A stretch of DNA of 64,000 nucleotides from Spirochaetia bacterium (GCA_034520965.1 JAXHMY010000001.1:288001-352000), one strand, 5' to 3'. Positions 41,769-53,035 are shown, numbered from the stretch's first letter. The notes: generated by a model from the letters alone, not told the origin. Numbers and translations are program-made.

Positions 41769-42364
41769 AATTGCTCCAGAAATCGCTCGCGAGTGAGCCT
41801 TTCGAGGGATTTTTCACGTCTGCTGCTGCGCCGCAGTTCCTGCAGGGCCGGCATGGAGATATATTTAATGCGCAGCGGGCGCTCCAGGGCCATTTGAATC
41901 TGATCGTTTTCCCATACAGCTTTGTCGGGAGAGAGGCGGTCCGGCTCGCCATAGCGCTCCTGCAGGGTGCTGTACATGGTGTAATATCCCAGGTGGTTGG
42001 GGTTTAGGATGAGGGTAATGGTAAACAGGGTGTTATCGACAAATTGGAAGGAGGCCTGTTGAATGAAGTCGACCCCGTCGGTTTGTATGAGAGAGTCGTT
42101 GCGCGAGCGAAGCATACTGACATCCGGCTCGCCGCGGTACCTGAAATTTCCGTCCGCTTCCAGAGCCTGCTGCACCGAGGCAAGGTCCATCCCCAGCTGA
42201 ATGCGGTTGAATCCGGCGGGAAGCTGCTCTTCAGGCTGCTCTAGCTGTTTTGTCTGCTCCGTGGTCTGCGCAGGCAGGGATACGGCCAAGCTGAATAACA
42301 GCAAAACGCAGAAAACGGGGAAAGTTAAGAATTTAGTATGAATGAAATTGCTCATCTTATTCAT
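41765..42364 (-). CDS. Secreted hypothetical protein
   Basis: Signal peptide; LQERYGEP; start uncertain (42364 or 42355). Confidence 0.65.
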   Translation of the reverse strand: MNKMSNFIHTKFLTFPVFCVLLLFSLAVSLPAQTTEQTKQLEQPEEQLPAGFNRIQLGMDLASVQQALEADGNFRYRGEPDVSMLRSRNDSLIQTDGVDFIQQASFQFVDNTLFTITLILNPNHLGYYTMYSTLQERYGEPDRLSPDKAVWENDQIQMALERPLRIKYISMPALQELRRSSRREKSLERLTRERFLEQF

Positions 42365-42400
42365 ATTATCGACACTTCGCCCTGGGAAGATGAAGGTAGT

Positions 42401-42434
42401 AAAAAAAAAGCCGGAAGGAGAGTATCCAACCGGC
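42401..42434 (-). terminator. Intrinsic terminator of RRM gene 1
   Basis: GCCGG..GGA/TCC..CCGGC followed by T9. Confidence 0.75.
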
Positions 42435-42461
42435 ATTTTAGTAACTTTATATAGTGTTCGC

Positions 42462-42722
42462 TTAGAAGCGTGGGCGGCGCTCTTTGGCCACGTTTACTTT
42501 CAGGTTACGTCCGCCGAACTCAGAGTTGTCCAGCGCGGAAATTGCTGCGTCAGCAGCTTGTTCATCTTCCATTTCTACAAAGCCGAAACCCTTGGAACGG
42601 TCGGTGTAGCGATCGATGATAATGTTGGCACTTGCAACAGTACCGTACTGACCAAACAGGTTTTCAAGTTCCTGCTCAGTTGTGTTGTAATTCATGTTTC
42701 CTACATAAATTTTCTTAGCCAT
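42462..42722 (-). CDS. RRM RNA-binding protein
   Basis: RNP2 IYVGNM, RNP1 KGFGFVEM. Confidence 0.95.
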   Translation of the reverse strand: MAKKIYVGNMNYNTTEQELENLFGQYGTVASANIIIDRYTDRSKGFGFVEMEDEQAADAAISALDNSEFGGRNLKVNVAKERRPRF

Positions 42723-43065
42723 AGTGTAGCATCCTTCTACCCTGATATTTGAACAGGGTCTTAAAAATATTTATGTATATGGAAGAAATAGATCTTAATC
42801 GTTCAGTAGGAAATTACTTTTTGATGGGAGAAGAAACAGAAAAGAATCAGCTATCATCAACCCGAAGAAACCCTATCGAAAATTAAAGAACAGTACCGCA
42901 TCCGATATACTCTCTGTAATATACTATAACTCACTGCTTTAATCAAGCACCTTGTAAATTTTTCAACACTTTTTGTTGGAGAAGAAGCATACTTAGTCTT
43001 TTCGGCATTCAGAAGTCTATGCTATGCTGTCGTTCAGCCATTTTTTAGTACAAGGTGGGAGCACT

Positions 43066-43416
43066 ATGGATGATGAGCTTGTATACTCTACCGATGAGGG
43101 AGATCTGCGCAAGCAGAAGAAAGGCCGGAAAAAAAACAGCCGGGGGCATGCGAAGACCCCACCGGGTATAAAGAACGACGGAATAATCAGGGTACAACGT
43201 GAGAGTAAAGGCCGGGGTGGCAAAACCGTCTCGGTGGTGTACGGTATGCCTGTTTCAGACGAGACGCTCCAGGAATGGGCAACCAAACTGAAACAGCAAT
43301 GCGGTACCGGAGGAAGTGTCAAATCCGGAACCATTATTATTCAGGGGGATAAAGTGGATACTATTGTATCAATTCTTGCAAATGCCGGCTTTTCAGCCAA
43401 GCGGGCGGGAGGTTGA
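43066..43416 (+). CDS. yciH: SUI1/eIF1-like protein
   Basis: LVYSTD, KGRGGKTV, LKQQCGTGGSVK, IQGD. Confidence 0.92.
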   Translation: MDDELVYSTDEGDLRKQKKGRKKNSRGHAKTPPGIKNDGIIRVQRESKGRGGKTVSVVYGMPVSDETLQEWATKLKQQCGTGGSVKSGTIIIQGDKVDTIVSILANAGFSAKRAGG

Positions 43417-43419
43417 CAG

Positions 43420-43617
43420 ATGGATGGATGTTATAGAGAGAATGTAAAAATTGGTCAGCAAGTCGATGTAGTGAAAAAGCAGGACCAAGGAACAGGGCAT
43501 CTCACAGATGGGGTAGTCGATCGAATTCTCACAAAGTCGGCATACCATCCCCACGGTATAAAGGTGCGACTTGCATCAGGTGTGGTGGGGAGAATAAAAA
43601 AGATATATAACAAATGA
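43420..43617 (+). CDS. YwbE (DUF2196) family protein
   Basis: KQDQGTGHLTDGVVDRILTKSAYHPHGIKVRL. Confidence 0.88.
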   Translation: MDGCYRENVKIGQQVDVVKKQDQGTGHLTDGVVDRILTKSAYHPHGIKVRLASGVVGRIKKIYNK

Positions 43618-44387
43618 GCGAGTGCATTGATACCATTCTGCAGAGAAAATCGATAAGAAGTTATCTTCCGAATCCAATCCCGGATACCGAGAAACAGCGC
43701 ATAATCGAAGCGATGCTGCGCGCCCCGACTGCCGGCAATCAAATGCTCTATTCGGTCATCGAGGTAGAATCTGCAGCATTGAAGTCAAAACTGGCCGAAA
43801 CCTGTGATCATCAGCCTTTTATTGCCGATGCTCCCTGGGTTTTGATTTTTTTGGCCGATTCACAGCGCATATATGACTTTTTTCACTACTCCGGTGTCGA
43901 TTCGCTGATTAACTCCAACCTTGCCCCTTCGGCAAAACCCCAGGAGGCAGATCTCCTGCTGGCCGGATGCGATGCCCTGATCGCAGCCCACACTGCCGTT
44001 CTGGCGGCAGAGTCCCTGGGAATCGGTACCTGTTATATCGGCGACATTATGGAAAATTACGAGATCCACCGCGATCTACTAAAACTGCCCAAGTACGCAG
44101 TACCGATCACCATGCTCTGTCTCGGCTACCCCACTGAACAGCAGAAAAACCGCCCCTTTACCCCCCGTCTCTCCAGAGACCTGATTATCTCAAAGAACAG
44201 CTACAGGCATCTACAACCGGAAGAAGCAAAGAGTCTGTATGATGCGAATCTACCACCGAATCCCCATTTTTTGGAGGGCGCCGAGAATCACGGTCAGCAT
44301 ATATACTTGCGCAAGTTCAGCTCTCCCTTCATGCAGGAAATGCGTCGTTCGGTACATGTAATGCTGGAAAACTGGCGAGAAGATTGA
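43614..44387 (+). CDS. Nitroreductase (NfsA/NfrA-like)
   Basis: RKSIRSY, APTAGN, AAESLGIGTCYIG, LCLGYP. Confidence 0.9.
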   Translation: MSECIDTILQRKSIRSYLPNPIPDTEKQRIIEAMLRAPTAGNQMLYSVIEVESAALKSKLAETCDHQPFIADAPWVLIFLADSQRIYDFFHYSGVDSLINSNLAPSAKPQEADLLLAGCDALIAAHTAVLAAESLGIGTCYIGDIMENYEIHRDLLKLPKYAVPITMLCLGYPTEQQKNRPFTPRLSRDLIISKNSYRHLQPEEAKSLYDANLPPNPHFLEGAENHGQHIYLRKFSSPFMQEMRRSVHVMLENWRED

Positions 44388-44450
44388 AGCCACAGTTGAT
44401 CCCATGGCGTTCAACTCATTTTTGAGATATAGTTTAAGAAAGGAGATAAC

Positions 44451-45401
44451 ATGGACAATGCAACAATTCTCTGGGATATTGAGAACGTCACTCCCAAGAA
44501 TGATCATAAATTTATAGCAAATCTGTTTGATTTTCTGGAAGAGGAAAACAAAGTATCCTCAGCCAGCTGTTTTGGCGATTGGACCCGTCCTCATTTAAAA
44601 AAACTTCCAAGTAACCTATCAGATTACAATTTTGAACTTATTCATATTCCGAAGTCAAGAAAAAACAGCGCCGATATGGCCTTGATTACCCATGCCACCG
44701 AGATGATCTTTCTGTATCCCCATCTGCAGCGTTTTATTCTGATCACCGGCGATGCCGATTTCCGCCCCCTGCTGACTACCCTCAAAAAACATGGGAAAGA
44801 GGTGTGGATCATCTGTGACGCCTCAAATGCCTCGGAAGACCTCCTCGCTCAGGCGGATAAGTACTTCGATTACCGAACTATCATGACCAAGGATTATGAA
44901 GAGGATCAGGAGGAGGAATCCACCGAGACTATCTCTAAGGAAGCGGCCTTTCAGCTCTTTGCGGAAGCGGTAAATTTGATGCTGAAACAGAAGAAAAAGC
45001 CGAGCCCCGGCTCGGTTAAAGTCAAAATGAAACTGCTCAATGAGGACTTTAGCGAAAGTAAAATCGGCTACAAATCTTGGAAGTCTTTTCTTTCGGACGC
45101 AATCGAACATACAGATGTGGAATACAGCACAGAGAACAGCAGCCTGCTCACCATCGCCGCCCGCAGCCGTCCTACGAGTACTGAACAGCTTCCTGAAATT
45201 TTTAAGTACATGCTTAACTCTTTGAATGGAATTAATTGGACTTCCTTCGCCAAATCAAGCCAGCACCTGCAGGAGAAAAAAGTTTCCATAAAGCGTTACG
45301 GGTACAGTAAATTCAAGAAGCTTGTTTTTGATGCGGAAAAACGCGGACTGGTTGAGACAAAAAATGAAGGCATCCATTGGTATCTAAGGAAGCAGGCATA
45401 G
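44451..45401 (+). CDS. NYN (LabA/DUF88) nuclease with two OST-HTH/LOTUS-like domains
   Basis: WDIENV, FGDW, KNSADMAL, TGDADF; tails FSESKIGYKSWKSFL and RYGYSKFKKLV. Confidence 0.88.
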   Translation: MDNATILWDIENVTPKNDHKFIANLFDFLEEENKVSSASCFGDWTRPHLKKLPSNLSDYNFELIHIPKSRKNSADMALITHATEMIFLYPHLQRFILITGDADFRPLLTTLKKHGKEVWIICDASNASEDLLAQADKYFDYRTIMTKDYEEDQEEESTETISKEAAFQLFAEAVNLMLKQKKKPSPGSVKVKMKLLNEDFSESKIGYKSWKSFLSDAIEHTDVEYSTENSSLLTIAARSRPTSTEQLPEIFKYMLNSLNGINWTSFAKSSQHLQEKKVSIKRYGYSKFKKLVFDAEKRGLVETKNEGIHWYLRKQA

Positions 45402-45551
45402 CAGGTATAGTTGTAAAAAAAAAGATTGCATTTTGAACTAAAATACCGTAATATCGATCAAAAGATATGTTGAGATAGTATCTACATCATGGGTAACCTT
45501 ATATCTATCAAACCATCTCTTTGTACTTTTAATTTCTTAGGAGCATTTTGT

Positions 45552-45797
45552 ATGAACATTTACGTCGGAAATCTCAATTATTCCGTAACAGAGGATGACC
45601 TGAAAAACTTGTTTCAGGAGTATGGCACCGTTTCTTCCGTCCGGGTCATTATTGATCGTATGACCCAACGATCAAAGGGGTTCGCATTTGTCGATATGCC
45701 CGATGACGGAGAAGCTAACAGCGCCATTGACGCATTGAACGGTACGGATTTTATGGGAAGAGCGTTAAAGGTGAACGAGGCAAGAGAAAAAAGATAA
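45552..45797 (+). CDS. RRM RNA-binding protein
   Basis: IYVGNL, KGFAFVDM; SD AGGAG; promoter TTGCAT-N17-TAATAT at 45426-45454. Confidence 0.95.
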   Translation: MNIYVGNLNYSVTEDDLKNLFQEYGTVSSVRVIIDRMTQRSKGFAFVDMPDDGEANSAIDALNGTDFMGRALKVNEAREKR

Positions 45798-45891
45798 GGC
45801 TTATGAGGTGCTTTCAAAGATTATAAAATGATCATCGAAGTACCTAATACTGTACATTAACAGTTCTCAATTGATTCGGTATACTTTTTTC

Positions 45892-45927
45892 AAAAGCGGC
45901 CACAGTTTATCTGTTGTGCCGCTTTTT
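45892..45927 (+). terminator. Intrinsic terminator
   Basis: AAAAGCGGC...GCCGCTTTTT. Confidence 0.7.
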
Positions 45928-45950
45928 ACTTTAAAAAGTTAAGGTAGGCA

Positions 45951-47537
45951 ATGAAGTTTATTCGTCTTTCTTTACCGGTTTTATTTTCCCTCTTTCTTTT
46001 AATAGGAATCTTAAGCTGTGCTACATCACAGCCTGCTCCTGGTACTCCACAACTTCGAATATATTCCCGAACAGAGGAATTGCCTCAACTGGATATTCCT
46101 ACAGAGCGGGGTAAAGTCCTTTTTATTACAACTCCCGCCGGGGCAAGGTTATTTATTAATGGAAAAACCATCGGCTCCACTCCCCTTCTGTACCCCCTCA
46201 CAGACGGTTCGTATCACATACGCATCACCAAGCAGCGTTACCATTCAACCGATTTCTATTTAGATATCCAAAACGATGATATTGCGGCTGCCCAGGTCTC
46301 GCTCGAACCGCATACCGGCATGATTGCTCCTGTAATCAGCCCGCAAGATTCCATAGTAATAATAAACAATCTGCACATTCAAAACTTTCCAAAAGAACTT
46401 CCCGTGGGTACCTATACCTTGCAGATCAGCCGCTTCGGGTATGAGTCTAAAACAACGGAGGTCAAAGTAAGCCGTGACGAAAGGGTGCAGCCGAAAATTA
46501 AACTAGAGCCGCTGCCCTTTGCCGTACAGAATCTATCCATCTTTCCACAGCAGATACGCATTATTCCACCATTACCACAACGTGAATTAGTGATCAAAGG
46601 ATCGGTCAGCGCTCCAGGAAGTATAAAAATTACTATTCGCACCCGGCAGGACAAACTCTTTAGTACCGAGCTAATCGAACTGCCGAACTCACCTTACTTT
46701 GAAAAGAGGTACCCCCTGCCGCCTGGAAGCTACCGAATAATCGTTCAAGGCAACGCTCACGACAATATAAACACAATAGTCTATGAGAAAAGAGTTGAAG
46801 TAATCCAGGAAGAACCAATCTCTCTGTTCACTACCGGTCTGCCGGCAACATTAGCAGTAATCGGCGTTCCCCGCGCCAGTACTGTTGGCTCCGGAATCTT
46901 GCGGAGCTCATTTTCCTTCGGTGGAGGCGGTAGCATAGAAGCCTCACCTGTTTCGTTTCCAGCCCAGTTGAGTCTGGGGGCCGGATTGCCCTACTCTTTA
47001 GAAATCCAGACTTCAACAGGCTTGCTGATTGAAAAAAACAGAACAACCATGTGGAGTGGGTCCGCACAGCTTAAGCGTGAACTCTTCAAAACCGGTAACA
47101 TAGCCAGATTTTCAGGGGCCTTTGAGCTCTTCGGAAACTACCTCTCGGACAAGGGTGTTTCTGATGCATCTGCAGCTTTGCTTCCTTTTGAAACAGTTAT
47201 TGGATCACGACCTATTTTCGAGTTTACTCTGCATCCGGAGATTGATAGGTTCATGGGGGTCTCCTTAAGTCCTTCAGTCGAACTACAGGTAAATGAAAAC
47301 AACAGTGAAAAGTGGATGGGCCGACTGCATAGCGCTGCGTTCCTCCAAATCAAGGATAAAGCAGTTGCCCTCACCGCAAAAACCAGCACTGAGTTAAACC
47401 ATTTTGGCTACGGGGTAGAATTCAGTTGGCTTATTCCTCAAAGTTCAATGCATCTGAATCTGTTTGCAGGCGGCATTTCGGAAGATGAGTTACTTAGCTA
47501 CTATGCAAGTGGAATAACTTTTTATTATATTCGGTAA
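45951..47537 (+). CDS. PEGA-domain lipoprotein / surface protein
   Basis: ILSC lipobox; ITTPAGARLFINGKTIGSTPL; GTYTLQISRFGY; beta-rich C-terminus. Confidence 0.75.
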   Translation: MKFIRLSLPVLFSLFLLIGILSCATSQPAPGTPQLRIYSRTEELPQLDIPTERGKVLFITTPAGARLFINGKTIGSTPLLYPLTDGSYHIRITKQRYHSTDFYLDIQNDDIAAAQVSLEPHTGMIAPVISPQDSIVIINNLHIQNFPKELPVGTYTLQISRFGYESKTTEVKVSRDERVQPKIKLEPLPFAVQNLSIFPQQIRIIPPLPQRELVIKGSVSAPGSIKITIRTRQDKLFSTELIELPNSPYFEKRYPLPPGSYRIIVQGNAHDNINTIVYEKRVEVIQEEPISLFTTGLPATLAVIGVPRASTVGSGILRSSFSFGGGGSIEASPVSFPAQLSLGAGLPYSLEIQTSTGLLIEKNRTTMWSGSAQLKRELFKTGNIARFSGAFELFGNYLSDKGVSDASAALLPFETVIGSRPIFEFTLHPEIDRFMGVSLSPSVELQVNENNSEKWMGRLHSAAFLQIKDKAVALTAKTSTELNHFGYGVEFSWLIPQSSMHLNLFAGGISEDELLSYYASGITFYYIR

Positions 47538-47540
47538 GTA

Positions 47541-47867
47541 ATGAAAGAATCGCCGGATAAACAACTCATAAAAATCTTAAAATCCCTTTCTACTGCGGAC
47601 GCACAAAATCGGCTCATGCGAATTACAGACCGCAACTTAGCCATCTGCATGTTGTATATGGGTGAATCCGATCGGAATCTTGTTTTTGACCGACTGGGAA
47701 AAATGAAGCGAGAGAGAATTAGGCAGGAGCTTGCATATGTGCACCACCTACGGCTGCGCTATCCCCAATATAAATCAGTTATCGAGAAAGTAATTGTGAG
47801 CATAGTGGGGGGAAAAAATGTCGCTCCACAAAGTTATATACGGCCGCTGCGCAATGACAGGTTTTAG
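47541..47867 (+). CDS. Small protein resembling the FliG C-terminal domain
   Basis: LSTADAQNRLMRITDRNLAICM..DRNLVFDRLGKMKRERIRQEL follows the FliG_C helical pattern. Confidence 0.5.
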   Translation: MKESPDKQLIKILKSLSTADAQNRLMRITDRNLAICMLYMGESDRNLVFDRLGKMKRERIRQELAYVHHLRLRYPQYKSVIEKVIVSIVGGKNVAPQSYIRPLRNDRF

Positions 47868-47887
47868 TGAACCGATACTAGCGGTGC

Positions 47888-48637
47888 TTACCGGCCTTTC
47901 ACCAAGGAGCGACCGGTATAGTCATCACGGTGGAGAAAGATCGGAGTGTCCTCGAAATACTCATCCACAGCCCTGCGTGCTCCAGTAAAGTGCCCGTAAT
48001 CATCTAGCAGCAAAACACCACCTCGCTGCACACGCGGATACAAATGCTGCAGCTCGTGTAGCGTGGATTCATACCAGTCTGTATCCAAGCGTAATAGAGC
48101 AATTTTTTTGGGACACTGCGCAGGAATAGTAGTGGCTACATCTCCCTCAACAGCAAGGATCAATTCTTTGGGATACCCGGTGGAACCCAGGTTCTTCACC
48201 ACATCTTGGCGAGACACAGCCCACCAGCCGAAATTATTTTTCTCACCCCGCTGATCTTCAGCCCATTTCTCCTGGACCGGCTGTCCAGTCCAGGCAACCG
48301 CATCTTTTTCCGTTGGGGGAGTCATTCCTTGGAAAGTATCGAATAGGTAGAGTTCACGATCGGCAGCATCCAGTTTTAAAAGTGTCAATGCCATTAGCAT
48401 TGTCGCACCGCCTTTCCAGACACCGCATTCCACAAAAGCTCCCGGTACTTCTGCTTTTACCAGGTAGTGTATAGCTGAATAAATAGCGTAGGCCCGTTCT
48501 GTGCTTATCATCGTATAGTTACGCACCCGTTCCCATAAATCCACAAAATCGCCGTCGAGGTCGCTATGAAACTGCTGCGGAGGGATTACCCCGTACCCGG
48601 AACGCTGCAGCGCGGTGATCATCGATTGTTCATTCAT
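47888..48637 (-). CDS. TylF/MycF/NovP-family O-methyltransferase
   Basis: GAFVECGVWKGG, LFDTFQGM, LRLDTDWYEST, DDYG. Confidence 0.92.
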   Translation of the reverse strand: MNEQSMITALQRSGYGVIPPQQFHSDLDGDFVDLWERVRNYTMISTERAYAIYSAIHYLVKAEVPGAFVECGVWKGGATMLMALTLLKLDAADRELYLFDTFQGMTPPTEKDAVAWTGQPVQEKWAEDQRGEKNNFGWWAVSRQDVVKNLGSTGYPKELILAVEGDVATTIPAQCPKKIALLRLDTDWYESTLHELQHLYPRVQRGGVLLLDDYGHFTGARRAVDEYFEDTPIFLHRDDYTGRSLVKGR

Positions 48638-50718
48638 TCTATCGGTATTCCTCCGTCCTTAAGTCGCTGCACGAACTCCTCCTCGCTCACAATCTCCACC
48701 CCCATCTGCTGTGCTTTTTGCAGTTTGCTTCCGCCGCCGCTGCCGGATAGAAGATGAGTAGTACTGCCGCTGACCTGGCTGCTGGTGCGCCCACCGCCGG
48801 CTTTGACATATTCCATAGCTTTTGACCTTGGATTGAAACGATCAAAACTGCCGGTCACACACCAGTTTTCACCTTCAAACAGAGGGGGAATCGAGCCCTC
48901 AGCTGTAGCGGCTCTGTCCTCAACCGAGCTTTCAAATTGCAATCCGACTTTTTTTAATTCATCGATTCGCCGCTGAACTTCGGGCCGTGAGAACTCCTCG
49001 ATTATAACGGCGGCAGTTTTTTCGCCAATGCCTTTAATCTCTACCAGTTTCTCTGAATCACCCTCTTCTGCACTTTTAACTATCTTATCAATTGAAGTGA
49101 AGCCAGCTCCAATTAACAGTTCGGTTACATTTGGCCCGACCTCGGGTATGCCCAATGAGGGCAACACCACTCGGAAGGGCTGAGACAAACTTTTCTCTAT
49201 GCCGGCCTTAATCGCGGCAATTTTCTTTTCACCAAAGCCCGGATATCCCTTCAGACGTTCAAAATCAAAGCGGTACAAATCCGGAAGGTCTTGCACAAAG
49301 CCCTCTTCTATCAGCAACTCAGCAGTTTCAGGCCCGAGGTTCTCGATATCCATCTGATTACGCCCAATAAAAAAGTGAAGCCGCCCTCGCACCTGGTCGG
49401 GACATTTATTGTTTCGGCAGAAATGATGTGCACCATATACTTCCAACTTCGAACCACAGGAGGGGCACGTGTCCGGCATTCGCCATACCGGATTTCCAAC
49501 TTCATTTTTTTGAACTACCTTTTCCACCGCCGGAATTACATCACCGCGGCGGGAAACTGTCACCTGATCCCCCTCGGCAATTTCAAGCATTTCAATATAG
49601 GCTTGATTGTGCAGGGTCACATTACTAATTGTCGACCCGCCGATCTGCACCGGTTCAACTCGAGCAACTGGAGTAATTCGGCCGGTTCTTCCCACCTGGA
49701 CTTCAATTGTCCTTATGCTAGTGGTTCCCTGGGGAGACTCAAACTTATAGGCGATAGCCCAGCGTGGATGGTGTCCGGTATATCCCAGTTCCTCCCGAAC
49801 CTGCAGCTCATTTACTTTTACCACCAATCCGTCGATCTCGTATTCCAGCGCATCCCGCTCTGAGGCTGCCTGTTCAATATACTGCGGCAGCTCATCAAAC
49901 TTACCAAAACTCCACTCCGGATACCGCGTCTCCAAATCTTCAGTATCGAGTCGATTTGAAAACACTCCGATACGCGTGCTTACACGAAACTTTAGAGCGG
50001 TTAGTTTTTCTAGTACCTCGATATGACTTAACTCTTGTTGTGGGAATGCACCCTCATAAGCAAACATATTCAAAGGAATACGTGCTACTTCACTGCTTTT
50101 TATACGTCGGAGGCTGCCGGCTGCCAGATTCCGTGGGTTTGCATAGGGAGTTTCCATTTTCCGGTTTAATTCTTCAAAACGGTTTTTCGGCAAGTAGATC
50201 TCTCCCCGGACAGCAACATTTATCTCCTCCGGTAAGCGCAGAGGGACTGTTCGGATAGTTTTTACATTTGCAGTTATGTCATTACCCACAAAGCCGTTTC
50301 CTCGAGTTACAGCCCGTATCAAGCGACCAGCCTCATAATAGAGCACAATGGCTACCCCGTCGATTTTCTCTTCAACTACAAAGCTAAGAGTCTGTCCACT
50401 GCGCTTGGTGGTACGATTAATCCAATCGGCTATTTCATCGGAACTGTAGGCTTTATCAAGACTCAAGACTGGTACTGTATGTTCAACCTCGGGGAATGTT
50501 TCTGTGGGCTCCGTTCCGACCCGCTGGGTTGGCGAGTCGGGCCGTTTCAGCTCAGGATACTCTGCCTCGAGCTCGGATAAACGATCAAAGAGCCGATCGT
50601 ACTCAAGGTCCGAAACACTTGGTCGCCCATCAATATAATATTCACGTTGATAACGATGCAAAAGCTCGGAGAGTCTTTCTACCTCTTGCCGAGCTTCATT
50701 ATACTCACTTTCAGACAT
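48634..50718 (-). CDS. ligA: NAD-dependent DNA ligase
   Basis: EEKIDG, TRGNGFVG, NPRNLAAGSL, GRTGRITP, Zn finger, BRCT. Confidence 0.96.
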   Translation of the reverse strand: MSESEYNEARQEVERLSELLHRYQREYYIDGRPSVSDLEYDRLFDRLSELEAEYPELKRPDSPTQRVGTEPTETFPEVEHTVPVLSLDKAYSSDEIADWINRTTKRSGQTLSFVVEEKIDGVAIVLYYEAGRLIRAVTRGNGFVGNDITANVKTIRTVPLRLPEEINVAVRGEIYLPKNRFEELNRKMETPYANPRNLAAGSLRRIKSSEVARIPLNMFAYEGAFPQQELSHIEVLEKLTALKFRVSTRIGVFSNRLDTEDLETRYPEWSFGKFDELPQYIEQAASERDALEYEIDGLVVKVNELQVREELGYTGHHPRWAIAYKFESPQGTTSIRTIEVQVGRTGRITPVARVEPVQIGGSTISNVTLHNQAYIEMLEIAEGDQVTVSRRGDVIPAVEKVVQKNEVGNPVWRMPDTCPSCGSKLEVYGAHHFCRNNKCPDQVRGRLHFFIGRNQMDIENLGPETAELLIEEGFVQDLPDLYRFDFERLKGYPGFGEKKIAAIKAGIEKSLSQPFRVVLPSLGIPEVGPNVTELLIGAGFTSIDKIVKSAEEGDSEKLVEIKGIGEKTAAVIIEEFSRPEVQRRIDELKKVGLQFESSVEDRAATAEGSIPPLFEGENWCVTGSFDRFNPRSKAMEYVKAGGGRTSSQVSGSTTHLLSGSGGGSKLQKAQQMGVEIVSEEEFVQRLKDGGIPIE

Positions 50719-50722
50719 CGCT

Positions 50723-52186
<1,464 letters not shown>

Positions 52187-52253
52187 ATTACACTCCCATA
52201 TCTCATTCTCGGGGATTGTGCACGACATATTGAGAATTTTCTGCCGGAACAGA

Positions 52254-52745
52254 CTACATTCCCTCCATTGCCCTTGTGCCGACATACCTTCCCATACGAC
52301 GGACCAAAACTTCCGCCTCCAGTTCTTCACGCTCTCCAGCCTCTGTAAGCAGAACTACGCCACCGGCTAATTTCTCTTCTGAATTAAGATGGTACAATCG
52401 GTAAAGTGCTTTCACCGGAAGGGAATCTTGGTCATCCTGGGTAAACTCCAGCTGAACCTGAAGCATATAATCTGCACCCCCCGACTTGGCTATACGGAAA
52501 GAAGGAGTATCGCCGAAAGTATTCTGGGCTGCTGTACTCTCCTGATCAAACTGCTGGTACCCCCCGTTGAAAATAATGTGACCTGCACTGAAAAATACGT
52601 CCATGATCCCGTCCTCAACGTAGATTACAGAATCACGTTCGTTTCCGATCCCTGTAGGCTCCTCCGAAAAAAGCATGACTGTTTCAGTGTAAGCCGGTGA
52701 CAGAAGTATTCCTAACAACAAAAGGCTTAAAGCCGTTTTCTTCAT
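52254..52745 (-). CDS. Secreted hypothetical protein
   Basis: MKK signal peptide, SD GGGAG. Confidence 0.7.
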   Translation of the reverse strand: MKKTALSLLLLGILLSPAYTETVMLFSEEPTGIGNERDSVIYVEDGIMDVFFSAGHIIFNGGYQQFDQESTAAQNTFGDTPSFRIAKSGGADYMLQVQLEFTQDDQDSLPVKALYRLYHLNSEEKLAGGVVLLTEAGEREELEAEVLVRRMGRYVGTRAMEGM

Positions 52746-52804
52746 AATAATCTCCCACGAGTGTATTAATTATAATATCGGAACAAATCCCGAGTTTGTA
52801 AATG

Positions 52805-52946
52805 CAGCAATTCGAAATGTAAAGTATGCAATGCATACTTTACATTTCGAATGCCTCGAACTGTTAAGAAATTGTAATATTTTCTAAGTTTTTGAAGCAA
52901 ATTCCAAATATAGAAGTCTGAAAGACTTCTATATTTGGAATTGCTG
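52805..52946. mobile_element. MITE-like element, copy 2 (142 bp)
   Basis: Ends CAGCAATTCGAAAT / ATTTGGAATTGCTG (13/14); direct repeat TTGTAAATG at 52796-52804 and 52947-52955; perfect 21-bp and 20-bp internal inverted repeats. Confidence 0.87.
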
Positions 52947-53006
52947 TTGTAAATGGCTGATACTAGCCCGAAAGAGAATATAGCTAATGAAGAATCGCCG
53001 AAGTGG

Positions 53007-53035
53007 TTGCAGTGTACCCATTTCCATGGTATTTT
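53007..53035 (+). promoter_or_regulatory. Candidate promoter of the loaP-like operon
   Basis: TTGCAG-N17-TATTTT with TG extension. Confidence 0.45.

Noticed and set aside
44451..45401. NYN protein as a toxin-antitoxin or Abi system
   Set aside because: No antitoxin-like partner; LabA/DUF88-type architecture is common in housekeeping contexts
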